From positions 1 to 53,887 of the forward strand of contig DATDUP010000006.1 in assembly GCA_035290345.1 (NCBI GenBank): a DNA stretch of 53,887 nucleotides, read 5' to 3'. The DNA is from Patescibacteria group bacterium. GTDB lineage: Bacteria; Patescibacteriota; Patescibacteriia; Magasanikbacterales; UBA922. Positions 1 to 8,162 of the stretch are shown here, piece by piece. The position numbers were made by a program, and so were the translations under genes. Positions within the stretch are counted from its first letter, which is position 1, and each line of letters starts with the position of its first letter. The notes beneath the pieces are model-generated. The model was not told where the DNA came from. It saw only the letters and a list, made by a program, of their open reading frames with translations, and ran no database searches.

Positions 1-861
1 ACGGTCCTGAGCCACCAACATCAGTCCGAAGATGCTGGTGTAGAACAGGTCCATGGCGTTGCTGCCGGACGCATCCCGGTGTTCCCTCAATGCTTTGAGG
101 AAGAACTCGTGGGCCACGTCGGCCTCTCCAGCGCGCCAGGCTCTGATCCCGGCGAACAGGGAGCTGTCGTGATCTGCCGGTGCTCCGAGAACGGGTCCCA
201 TCTGCTGGAAGTAGGGATCGCCGATGGGCGACCTCAAGAGGAAGTGCCCGAGCACGTAGTGCTTACTGGGGTTGAGACCCCACGTGTTCTGCAAACTGCA
301 AGCCTCGTGCAGGGCACTCAGTTCACCCCTGTCGACTCCCCTCTGGATGGCCCAGTTGAGGAGCTCGACCTTGGCCGCGATGATGGAGGTGTTAGCCTCC
401 TGAAACCGACCGGCCTGGGCCAGGGCTGCGCCAGCGCAGATCTGTTCGGCTCCGGCCTTGAGATACTCACCTACCATCCGGTAGAGCAGACCCCCATGGT
501 AGTAGGAGAGCCCCTCAAGCCTGGTCTTCCTGGATCCACCTCCTCCGATTGCCTGAATGGCCTTCTTGGCCGCCAGGAGCATCCCTTCGGTCTCCAGAGT
601 ATTCCAGAGACCAGGCCTCCTCCTGGCTCCGTTGAGAGCCTCGAGGAGATAAGTTGCCTGCCGTTCCGGGTTGGTCACCCGGGCGGCCGCCTTGTCGAAG
701 ATGGCCATGTACATGGCCGGGTCGGGCGTGTAACCGTCGTGCCCCTTGATCAAGGCCTGGTCGAGTGGTCCCCCGGCCATCTCCGTGCCCTCAGGGAGGG
801 ACACCAGGTCATCCCCAATCTTTCCTATCGTCTGTCCCAACTCCAAATTCTTCTTGTTCAT
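1..861 (-). CDS. hypothetical protein, N-terminal 287 codons only (ORF runs off the window start); helical, unusually GC-rich
   Basis: Hand translation of the reverse strand. ATG at 859-861 is preceded by GGAGG (rc of 868-872). The frame MNKKNLELGQTIGKIGDDLVSLPEGTEMAGGPLDQALIKGHDGY... stays open to base 1. It is absent from the ORF track because it has no stop inside the window. The listed + ORFs 79..957 and 765..1130 are its antisense shadows. Confidence 0.6.
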   Translation of the reverse strand, partial: MNKKNLELGQTIGKIGDDLVSLPEGTEMAGGPLDQALIKGHDGYTPDPAMYMAIFDKAAARVTNPERQATYLLEALNGARRRPGLWNTLETEGMLLAAKKAIQAIGGGGSRKTRLEGLSYYHGGLLYRMVGEYLKAGAEQICAGAALAQAGRFQEANTSIIAAKVELLNWAIQRGVDRGELSALHEACSLQNTWGLNPSKHYVLGHFLLRSPIGDPYFQQMGPVLGAPADHDSSLFAGIRAWRAGEADVAHEFFLKALREHRDASGSNAMDLFYTSIFGLMLVAQDR

Positions 862-962
862 CACACACCTCCGTTGTGTTCCATCCAAAAGAGAAAAGAG
901 AGAAAAGTAGTTCCAAATGTAAGGTACAGCCGGAAAATATACCACATCTGGAACTAAAAGTC

Positions 963-990
963 AAGACGCGCCTGGTCAGCGCGTCTTTTT
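963..990. terminator. GC-rich hairpin just downstream of the pnp stop, possibly a bidirectional intrinsic terminator
   Basis: aagacgcgc (963-971) pairs perfectly with gcgcgtctt (979-987) around a 7-nt loop. TTTTTCTT follows on the + strand and CTTTTAG follows on the - strand. Confidence 0.55.
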
Positions 991-1006
991 CTTATTATCT
1001 CTATAA

Positions 1007-3268
1007 TTATTTGTCCCTTCGGAAAAATCCTCTCTTGGGGGGTGGACCATTGCGATGGTCATCCCGACCACCTGGTCTTCCTTGTCCATTCCTTGGCCTT
1101 TCATCTGGCCGGCGTTCTCTTTCTACATAGCCTTCGGGTTTGGGAAGGAGAGCTTTGATAGAAAGATTCACCCGTCCCAAATTATCAATTTCTTTTACTA
1201 CCACTTTGACGAGATCGCCTATCTTGAGAATATCCCCCGGACGACCCACTCTTTGCCAGCTAATTTCACTGACGTGAACCATGCCATCTTTATTGGGAAG
1301 AATTTGGACAAAAGCTCCGAAATCTTCCAAACGGACAACCTTGCCTTCATAGACTTCACCAGCCGTAATTTCTTTAGTCAATTCATCAATCATCTTGATG
1401 GCCGCTTGCATGGCGGATGCTTCTACCGCGGTCACCAGAACACGACCATCTTGTTCAATATCAATGGATACACCGGTGGCTTCAATAATTTTCTTGACAT
1501 TCTTTCCAGCCGGACCAATGAGGTCGCCAATCTTTTCTGGATTGATTCTAATGGTTTCAATGCGTGGAGCGTAAGGAGAAAGTTCAGCGCGGGGATTAGC
1601 AATTACATCACCCATTACCTTGATTAATTTCAATCTGGCTTCCTGAGCCTGCTTCACTGTTTGTTCAACAATTTCCCAAGTCAAACCATGGGTCTTGGTG
1701 TCCATTTGAATAGCGGTAATCCCATCAGTCGTACCTGCAATCTTGAAATCCATACCCCCGGGGCCGTCTTCCACATCTTGTAAATCAGTCAATATTTGCC
1801 AGCGTCCGGAAGCGTCAGAAGCTAAACCCATAGCAATACCAGCTACTGGTTTTTTAATCGGCACACCAGCGGCCATAAGTGACAAAGAAGAACCACAGGT
1901 TGAAGCCATGGAACTCGAACCATTGGAGCCCATAACTTCAGAAACAACGCGAATAGCATAAGGAAAATCCTCTTCTGGAGGCAATACCGGCAAAAGTGCC
2001 CGCTCCGCCAAAGCGCCGTGACCAATCGCTCGACGACCTGGACCGCGCATGGGGCCAGCCTCACCATAGGTAAACGGGGCATCATTGTAATGATGCATGT
2101 AACGCTTGGTTCCGTCTTCTTCCATTGAATCCAAGGTCTGAACATCGCCAGGAGCACCAAGAGTGACAATGGAAACCACCTGGGTATCACCGCGCATAAA
2201 CATAGCTGAACCATGAACACGAGGCAGAAGATCAACTTCAATATTCAAATTACGAATATCAGTCATTGAACGGCCATCCAATCTTTGTTTTTTGTCCAAA
2301 ATTCTTTGGCTGATAATCTCAGAAACATAGGTCTTAATGTTCTTCAAGCCGGCTCCCCAAGCCTCTTCTGGCACACCTTTTTCCTGTAAAGCCTTTTTTA
2401 TTTCTTCTTCAAATTTATTTAGCATTCCCTTTCTCTCATCCTTAGTTACTTTAGGACGATCAAAAATCATGACCTCGCTTTGAGCAGCAATATATTGCTT
2501 GGTAATCTGTCTAGCCTGTTCTTCCACATCATCAGCCACAGCAGCCAAATCATCGGCCAAGGCCGGAATTGGTTCTTTTTCCTTACCAACTTCCGCTTGA
2601 ATTTTTTTAATTAACTCCACCACCGGGCCCAACTGCTCACAACCCCACTTCATTGCTTCTATTGCTTTTGGTTCAGGCACTTCCTTACTCCCGGCCTCTA
2701 CCATCACCAGACGATCAGGGGTACCGGCCACGATCATATCCAGGGCGCCGGTTTCCACTTCATTATTGGTGGCGTTAAGAATGAAAGAACCATCCTCTTT
2801 TATTCCAACTCGGGTGGCTGCAATCGGACCAGCCCAAGCCAAGGGCGAAATGGCTAAAGCACAACTCGCAGCAATCAATCCAACAACAGCCGAACTATTC
2901 TCCCCATCAACAGAAAGAGCAGTAATAACCACTTGCACGTCATTACGCACTCGATCATCAAATAACGGACGAATAGCCCGATCAATCAGACGACCAGAAA
3001 GGATAGCTTCGTCAGATGGCCGACCTTCTCGTTTTACAAAACGGGAACCTTTTATCTTTCCGGCGGCGTATAATCTTTCCTCAAAATCAACCATGAGCGG
3101 AAAATAGTCTATCCCGGCTCGAATATCCTTGCTCTTGACCACGGTCGCTAAAATTACAGTATCACCGTAACGCGCTGTACAAGAAGCATGAGTCTGTAAG
3201 GCCAGCTTACCCACTTCAATGGACAGGGTTCTTCCACCCCATTCCATTGACCAATTTTTTACATCCAT
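1007..3268 (-). CDS. pnp: polyribonucleotide nucleotidyltransferase (PNPase) with an Arg/Gly/Pro-rich C-terminal tail
   Basis: 753 aa with two RNase PH-like halves (GRRAIGHGALAERAL), a KH region (IGPAGKNVKKI) and an S1 domain (GEVYEGKVVRLEDFGAFVQI). GGAGA lies 6 nt before the ATG. Confidence 0.95.
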   Translation of the reverse strand: MDVKNWSMEWGGRTLSIEVGKLALQTHASCTARYGDTVILATVVKSKDIRAGIDYFPLMVDFEERLYAAGKIKGSRFVKREGRPSDEAILSGRLIDRAIRPLFDDRVRNDVQVVITALSVDGENSSAVVGLIAASCALAISPLAWAGPIAATRVGIKEDGSFILNATNNEVETGALDMIVAGTPDRLVMVEAGSKEVPEPKAIEAMKWGCEQLGPVVELIKKIQAEVGKEKEPIPALADDLAAVADDVEEQARQITKQYIAAQSEVMIFDRPKVTKDERKGMLNKFEEEIKKALQEKGVPEEAWGAGLKNIKTYVSEIISQRILDKKQRLDGRSMTDIRNLNIEVDLLPRVHGSAMFMRGDTQVVSIVTLGAPGDVQTLDSMEEDGTKRYMHHYNDAPFTYGEAGPMRGPGRRAIGHGALAERALLPVLPPEEDFPYAIRVVSEVMGSNGSSSMASTCGSSLSLMAAGVPIKKPVAGIAMGLASDASGRWQILTDLQDVEDGPGGMDFKIAGTTDGITAIQMDTKTHGLTWEIVEQTVKQAQEARLKLIKVMGDVIANPRAELSPYAPRIETIRINPEKIGDLIGPAGKNVKKIIEATGVSIDIEQDGRVLVTAVEASAMQAAIKMIDELTKEITAGEVYEGKVVRLEDFGAFVQILPNKDGMVHVSEISWQRVGRPGDILKIGDLVKVVVKEIDNLGRVNLSIKALLPKPEGYVERERRPDERPRNGQGRPGGRDDHRNGPPPKRGFFRRDK

Positions 3269-3362
3269 AGATGTCTCCGTTGCTGACCTGGAAGCAGTAG
3301 ATCCTCCATGAGAATGGCGTGGACCTATTCGTCTCCAGACCAGCGGTTAAAATTAATTTTAA
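3269..3362 (-). promoter_or_regulatory. structured 5' leader of pnp (long-range stem enclosing a smaller hairpin)
   Basis: On the - strand transcript, GCUGGUCUGGAG (rc of 3333-3344) pairs with CUUCCAGGUCAGC (rc of 3282-3294). That gives 12 bp including G-U pairs. An inner CCAU/AUGG hairpin lies between the two arms. Confidence 0.4.
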
Positions 3363-3947
3363 TTAATAATTATTTTTCTTCCGCGAATAACGCAGAGCAG
3401 AACGAGACGCGGACCGATCCTGGATCAGGAACAGTTCCGGACGTTCGCTCAAGTCAATAAAATCATCAGCCGCTTCCATCAATTTGGAAGACGTCGTTTT
3501 ACCGAAAGCCAACACCTCCACCTGTTTACCCGAGCTTTTCTGGAGATATTCCACCAGGGGAAGATAATCACCATCGCCCGACACCAAGACAATGGCATCT
3601 AGGCTAGGAGCTAAACGGATAGCGTCAACAGTCAAACCTACATCCCAATCTGCTTTTTTCAATCCGCTGGTAAATACTTGTAAATCTTTTTCTCGAGTTT
3701 CAATACCTAAATTATACAGAGCTTCAAAAAATGGCTGTTCCTCTTGCGTTTCGGTACGTACGACATAGGCCACTGCCCGGATCAATTTCCGTTGCGCCAC
3801 TGCTTCCTTTACGATGTTGCCAAAATTCACTTTTTGTCCGTGGAGATTTTTAGCTGAATAGTAAAGGTTCTGTACGTCAATAAACACCCCAACGCGTTGC
3901 TCGGGGTGTTTGAGTGGATTCCGATTGTTAACTAATTTCTTCTCCAT
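3363..3947 (-). CDS. NYN/LabA-like (DUF88) domain protein, predicted RNase fold
   Basis: VGVFIDVQNLYYSAKNL ... IVLVSGDGDYLPLVEYL fits the NYN/LabA pattern. I prefer the internal start MEKKLVNN (ATG 3945-3947) over the track start at 3977, which lies deep inside rpsO. Confidence 0.75.
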   Translation of the reverse strand: MEKKLVNNRNPLKHPEQRVGVFIDVQNLYYSAKNLHGQKVNFGNIVKEAVAQRKLIRAVAYVVRTETQEEQPFFEALYNLGIETREKDLQVFTSGLKKADWDVGLTVDAIRLAPSLDAIVLVSGDGDYLPLVEYLQKSSGKQVEVLAFGKTTSSKLMEAADDFIDLSERPELFLIQDRSASRSALRYSRKKNNY

Positions 3948-4269
3948 TGTTATTCGTCTCCTCCTCCGGACTATCAACTTCGACAGTACGGGTCAAACTT
4001 CTAGCAGCTTTCAATTTTAAATTTTTGACCAATTCTTCGTAGGATTGCGGATTATCTTTTTTCAAAAACCGCAACAAACGACGTCGTTCGCCTACCTTAC
4101 GTAAAAGGCCGCGACGGGACGAATGGTCCTTGTGATGAGCTTTAAGGTGCTCGGCCAATTCATTGATCTCTTCTGACAGGATGGCCACCTGCACTTCTGT
4201 AGAACCAGTATCACCCTCATGGGTTTGATACTTTTTAATTATTCTTTGCTTGGTTTTCTTATCAAGCAT
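3928..4269 (-). CDS. rpsO: 30S ribosomal protein S15 with an acidic C-terminal extension of about 25 aa
   Basis: GDTGSTEVQVAILSEEINELAEHLKAHHKDHSSRRGLLRKVGERRRLLRFL is the canonical S15 core. The 113-aa ORF continues past the usual end with ...SLTRTVEVDSPEEETNNNGEEIS. Confidence 0.9.
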   Translation of the reverse strand: MLDKKTKQRIIKKYQTHEGDTGSTEVQVAILSEEINELAEHLKAHHKDHSSRRGLLRKVGERRRLLRFLKKDNPQSYEELVKNLKLKAARSLTRTVEVDSPEEETNNNGEEIS

Positions 4270-4361
4270 ACATATATATGTGTTTACCAGGCCAGAGCGA
4301 GTATTTGTTTACCCCCTCAGGTCCGGCCAGCAAAGCTGGGTTTATTCAATTTACCAAAGAC

Positions 4362-4390
4362 AGTATACCAAAAAGAGGGCGGCTTGTCAA
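4362..4390 (-). promoter_or_regulatory. sigma70-type promoter for rpsO
   Basis: On the - strand, TTGACA (rc of 4385-4390) is followed by a 17-nt spacer and TATACT (rc of 4362-4367). This leaves a leader of about 90 nt. Confidence 0.6.
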
Positions 4391-4400
4391 TGTCCCCACC

Positions 4401-4429
4401 TTGAACACCCCAGAAACGCAAGGTATAAT
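4401..4429 (+). promoter_or_regulatory. sigma70-type promoter for rpiB-rpe
   Basis: TTGAAC (4401-4406), a 17-nt spacer, then TATAAT (4424-4429), lying 22 nt upstream of the rpiB ATG. It sits back to back with the rpsO promoter. Confidence 0.6.
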
Positions 4430-4451
4430 AGTCGAGCAATAACCAAACAAT

Positions 4452-4907
4452 ATGAACAAAAAAACCCCTATTTATCTAGCCTCAGACCACGGTGGCTATC
4501 AATTAAAAAAACGGTTAATCCGTTATTTAGAAAATGAACTCGGGATTGCGACCGAAGACCTCGGCCCCCTCACCCACGATCCAACTGATGATTATCCTGA
4601 TTTTGCCCTGCCTTTAGCTAAAAAAGTATCCCAAACCAAAGGCTATGGCATCCTCATTTGTCGTAATGGCATCGGCGTCTGCATTGCGGCCAATAAAACC
4701 AAAGGGGTCCGAGCTGGAATTGGCTATAACCTGATGGCGGCAGAAACCATGATGAAAGACGATGATACCAACATCCTCTGCCTTGCCGCTGATCTAAGTT
4801 CTGAAGAACACGCTCTGGCCATCGTAAAAAAGTGGCTTGAAACCGATTTCTCCCAAGAAGAGCGCCATATTCGACGTCTGGCCAAAGTGATGGCCCAAGA
4901 AAATTGA
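4452..4907 (+). CDS. rpiB: ribose-5-phosphate isomerase B (RpiB/LacA/LacB family)
   Basis: IYLASDHGGYQLKKRL ... ILICRNGIGVCIAANK ... NILCLAA is the typical RpiB pattern. Confidence 0.85.
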   Translation: MNKKTPIYLASDHGGYQLKKRLIRYLENELGIATEDLGPLTHDPTDDYPDFALPLAKKVSQTKGYGILICRNGIGVCIAANKTKGVRAGIGYNLMAAETMMKDDDTNILCLAADLSSEEHALAIVKKWLETDFSQEERHIRRLAKVMAQEN

Positions 4908-4908
4908 T

Positions 4909-5562
4909 ATGGACATCATTCCTTCAATACTGGTGGACAATCCCCAAGAACTATTGTCCCAATTGCAGGCCGCGACAGGAATCGTCTCCCAAGTCCAAGT
5001 GGATATTGCCGATGGCTGTTTTGTTTCCAGCCTAACCCCCAATGACCCGGAATTGATCTCTCAAGTATCAGGATTAGATATTGAGCTCCACCTCATGGTA
5101 GCGAATCCAATGGCAGAAATATCTCGCTGGACAGGGGTCAGAGCAATAAAAAGAATACTTTTCCATTATGAATCCGCACCTGGACAGATAATCAGTGTCT
5201 GTCAGGCCATCATTGATAGTGGTCGCCAAGCTGGTTTAGTCATCAACCCCAACACTGATTGGCACCAGACCATCCCTTTCTTGCCTAAAATACAAAGTCT
5301 AATGTTCATGGGTGTTTATCCGGGAAAACAGGGCCAGGGCTTGATTCCAGAGGTATTGTCAGCCATCACCGAATGCCGGCAAGAATTCCCCGACCTATAT
5401 CTTGAACTGGACGGCGGCGTCAATCTAAACACTCTTCCGCAAATTATCCCAACCAGAGTCTCAGCCATTTGCCCGGGAAGTGCAATCTTCAAACAACCCA
5501 AGACTCCGGCCGAATGTGTGGCGGAGATGCAACAGATCATTCGCAGTTTAACTTCAAAATAA
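4909..5562 (+). CDS. rpe: ribulose-phosphate 3-epimerase-like TIM-barrel protein
   Basis: IIPSIL...QVDIADG...LHLMV...MGVYPGKQGQ...LELDGGVN matches the Rpe pattern. The start lies 1 nt after the rpiB stop. Confidence 0.75.
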   Translation: MDIIPSILVDNPQELLSQLQAATGIVSQVQVDIADGCFVSSLTPNDPELISQVSGLDIELHLMVANPMAEISRWTGVRAIKRILFHYESAPGQIISVCQAIIDSGRQAGLVINPNTDWHQTIPFLPKIQSLMFMGVYPGKQGQGLIPEVLSAITECRQEFPDLYLELDGGVNLNTLPQIIPTRVSAICPGSAIFKQPKTPAECVAEMQQIIRSLTSK

Positions 5563-5576
5563 TCTTTTTTGTCTCT

Positions 5577-6518
5577 ATGTACGATTTGGTAATCATCGGC
5601 GGTTCGGCAGCGGGTGTCGCGGCTGGTATCTATGCGGCCCGACGTAATTTACACTTCATTGTCGTAGCTAAAGATCTGGGTGGCGAAGTGGCCCTATCTG
5701 GAAAAGTAAATAACTGGCCAGGTATTATTGAAATTCAGGGTTTTGAATTAGCAAAAAACTTTCGCCAACATCTAGAATCATACCAGCCAGATATCTTAGA
5801 GGGTTTTGTTGTTATTAAATTAGAACAAAAGGGACGGACACATATCGTGCATGTCCGCAACCAGGCCGGAGAAGAAAGACAAATAGAAACCAAAGCCGTT
5901 ATTGTTGCTTCCGGCATCCACCCTCGCCAATTAGGCGTAGCCAACGAAGAAAAACTCCGGGGTAAGGGTATAACCTATTGTTCGGTCTGCGACGGTCCTC
6001 TTTTCAAAAACCGGATAACTGCCACCATTGGCGCTGGAAATTCAGCTCTAGAATCAGCTCTGATGATGGCCAGTATTTCTAAAAAGGTCTACCTACTGAC
6101 CAAATACGCCAATGACGAAACCAACAATGGCGGTTTCCCCCGCGGAGAAAACATTTTGATTGACAAGATCAAAAAAACAGAAAACATTGAGATAATATAC
6201 CAAGCTGAAACTCAGGAAATCCTTGGGGATCAATTCGTGACTGGGATAAAATACCTTAACCTGGCCACCAAAGAATTCAAAGAACTCGCCGTTGACGGAA
6301 TCATGATCCATGTCGGAATGGTCCCAAACACGGACTTTGTCTCGGTTCAAAAAAATCGAGGAGGGGAAATCGAAATCGACCAAAAATGCGCCACTTCAGT
6401 ACCAGGAATCTTCGCCGCTGGTGACGCTACCAATATCCCCTACAAACAAATAGCCGTAGCCGCGGGTCAGGGTACTATCGCCGCTCTCAGCGCCATTGAA
6501 TACTTAAACAAGTGGTAA
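5577..6518 (+). CDS. trxB: thioredoxin-disulfide reductase
   Basis: YDLVIIGGSAAGVAAGIYAARR (FAD site), the redox motif CSVCDG, GAGNSALE (NADPH site) and GIFAAGD. I prefer the internal ATG at 5577 because the track start at 5469 overlaps rpe. Confidence 0.9.
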   Translation: MYDLVIIGGSAAGVAAGIYAARRNLHFIVVAKDLGGEVALSGKVNNWPGIIEIQGFELAKNFRQHLESYQPDILEGFVVIKLEQKGRTHIVHVRNQAGEERQIETKAVIVASGIHPRQLGVANEEKLRGKGITYCSVCDGPLFKNRITATIGAGNSALESALMMASISKKVYLLTKYANDETNNGGFPRGENILIDKIKKTENIEIIYQAETQEILGDQFVTGIKYLNLATKEFKELAVDGIMIHVGMVPNTDFVSVQKNRGGEIEIDQKCATSVPGIFAAGDATNIPYKQIAVAAGQGTIAALSAIEYLNKW

Positions 6519-6605
6519 AGAAATCAGATCGTCCCATTCCGAGCCAACCCCCTGGTTTAAATAACCTGGGGTTTTTGTTATAATAACCAAGTCATAAACT
6601 CTCAT

Positions 6606-6914
6606 ATGTTTTTAGAATCTCTGCTTCCCCAATTACCAACCAGTTACCTTGAACTCTCTTTAATCGTGATTGGTCTATTAGGAGGAATCCTTTTGACCTA
6701 CGCTGTATTTTTAGAAACAGAAAAACGTCAGGATGTTGTGTTTATGATTGGTGCTCTTTGTCTGCTTGTCTATGCCCTTTATCGCAATAACTTAATCTTC
6801 ATTATCGCCATGTCCGGCCTATTTTTAGCCTCTTTGATTGAATTCGGAGAAATCATCTTCCACCTGCACCATGACCAACGATCAGAAATAAAGGCGTTGT
6901 TTAAAAAACGTTGA
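6606..6914 (+). CDS. small integral membrane protein (3 predicted TM helices), function unknown
   Basis: 102-aa ORF with three hydrophobic stretches in a compact same-strand gene string. Confidence 0.5.
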   Translation: MFLESLLPQLPTSYLELSLIVIGLLGGILLTYAVFLETEKRQDVVFMIGALCLLVYALYRNNLIFIIAMSGLFLASLIEFGEIIFHLHHDQRSEIKALFKKR

Positions 6915-6918
6915 AATT

Positions 6919-7623
6919 ATGCACCAGCCCCTTACCCGCCACACCCTTGACATCTTCAAAAAAATCCAGGCCAATCTCCCCCCCCTAACACCACCCGAAC
7001 TGGCCAAAGAATACGAACATGCTCTGGAGCACTTAGAAAATGATTTCACCATCGGCCACCGAGAAGTTGAGGACCTGGTAATCTCTCTTGGTAAAAAAAT
7101 CTGGCCATACTGGAAAGCCTTTTTTGAATTTTATGATCTCAACCAAGGAAAATTAGGGGAAAAATTTCTATTGGCCCGTCTTTCTCCAGATTTAAAAAAA
7201 CGCTATCAAGCTTTTTGCGCCCACGGTGGTGATTACCACGACCTACGCAGTGGCGCTCCGGCCTCATTTTTTAAACCAGAAGAACGCATTATAATCACTG
7301 CTGCCCTCATTGCTGTTGATGGAGACATCCGCAATTTCACTCGTCAGGCAGTGACTAGCACTGAAATGAATAAATATGAAGAAGCAATATTTTCTTTCCA
7401 GGAGATAATTGATGACATTGAAAAACGTCTACAAAGTTTACGCCAATTAGCCGAAGATGAAGGTGAACATCCTCGTCTGGCCGAAGAAATCCGAGAACGA
7501 GTCCGCGCCTTTGAATTCGGTCTCTGCATGTTAGGACCACACACCCCCTATCACGAAGTAATTAATGCTCCTGACTATTTTACTGATCGTAGACACAGTA
7601 AGAATTTGCATCGATTTGAATAA
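6919..7623 (+). CDS. hypothetical cytoplasmic helical protein
   Basis: 234-aa ORF tightly packed between neighbours. I recognise no motif. Confidence 0.55.
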   Translation: MHQPLTRHTLDIFKKIQANLPPLTPPELAKEYEHALEHLENDFTIGHREVEDLVISLGKKIWPYWKAFFEFYDLNQGKLGEKFLLARLSPDLKKRYQAFCAHGGDYHDLRSGAPASFFKPEERIIITAALIAVDGDIRNFTRQAVTSTEMNKYEEAIFSFQEIIDDIEKRLQSLRQLAEDEGEHPRLAEEIRERVRAFEFGLCMLGPHTPYHEVINAPDYFTDRRHSKNLHRFE

Positions 7624-7625
7624 AT

Positions 7626-8144
7626 ATGGCCGTCATCTTAGTAGTTGCTTCTCAAGGATTCCAATCTTTTGAGTTCACGGCAATAAAAACAGAATTGGAA
7701 AGAGCTGGCCAAGTAGTACTGGTAGCTTCAGATAAATCTCCGGCCACAGCCAACGACGGATCAAAGGTGATACCAAATTTGTTGTTATCAGCAATTTCCC
7801 CTAAAGACAATACTGGCCTTTTTCTGATTGGTGGTCCTGGTGCTCTCGCCCACCTCGACACTGAAGAATTTATGATAAAGATAAAAGAATGGGCAAACTC
7901 TGGAAAATTATTCGGGGCCATTTGTATCTCCCCCCGTCTCTTAGCCAAAGCCGGGGTCCTGGCTAACAAAAAAATAACTGGCTGGAATTTGGATGATGAA
8001 CTACCAAAGATCCTGACCAAATACCAGGCCCAATATGTACCCCAGCCCGTAGTCCGAGATGGCCAAGTCATCACAGCAGATGGACCCGGATCGGCAATGG
8101 CTTTTGGCCGAGAAATAGCTCGAGCTTTAAAGACCACCCTCTAA
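7626..8144 (+). CDS. DJ-1/PfpI family protein
   Basis: 172 aa with the nucleophile-elbow motif GAICISPRLLAKAG and ...VITADGPGSA. Confidence 0.8.
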   Translation: MAVILVVASQGFQSFEFTAIKTELERAGQVVLVASDKSPATANDGSKVIPNLLLSAISPKDNTGLFLIGGPGALAHLDTEEFMIKIKEWANSGKLFGAICISPRLLAKAGVLANKKITGWNLDDELPKILTKYQAQYVPQPVVRDGQVITADGPGSAMAFGREIARALKTTL

Positions 8145-8162
8145 GGTGGTCTTACTTTTGGC

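Noticed and set aside
79-1130. Track ORFs 79..957 (+, 292 aa) and 765..1130 (+, 121 aa)
   Set aside because: Both are low-complexity, Pro/Gly/Arg-rich translations typical of the antisense strand of a GC-rich gene. The reverse strand carries a clean ORF with GGAGG-ATG at 859-861. In addition, 765..1130 runs into the 3' end of pnp on the opposite strand.
1055-3107. Antisense or alternative-frame ORFs inside pnp (1055..1627, 1743..1961, 1843..2241, 2766..3107). Comparable nested ORFs occur inside PBP1A, dnaA, dnaN, the SBP, the pseudopilins and lysS.
   Set aside because: Each lies wholly inside a long ORF that has unambiguous family motifs. Their translations have no recognisable motifs and show skewed composition. 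I treat them as shadow ORFs.
5469-5576. The upstream start of the track trxB ORF. The same issue applies to the long starts of ORFs 3363..3977, 11511..11990, 18475..19035, 23642..24655, 25535..26947, 45269..45913, 47862..48479 and 51778..52407.
   Set aside because: The extended N-termini overlap the preceding gene and precede the recognisable N-terminal motif or signal peptide. In each case an internal ATG restores a canonical N-terminus and normal intergenic spacing.
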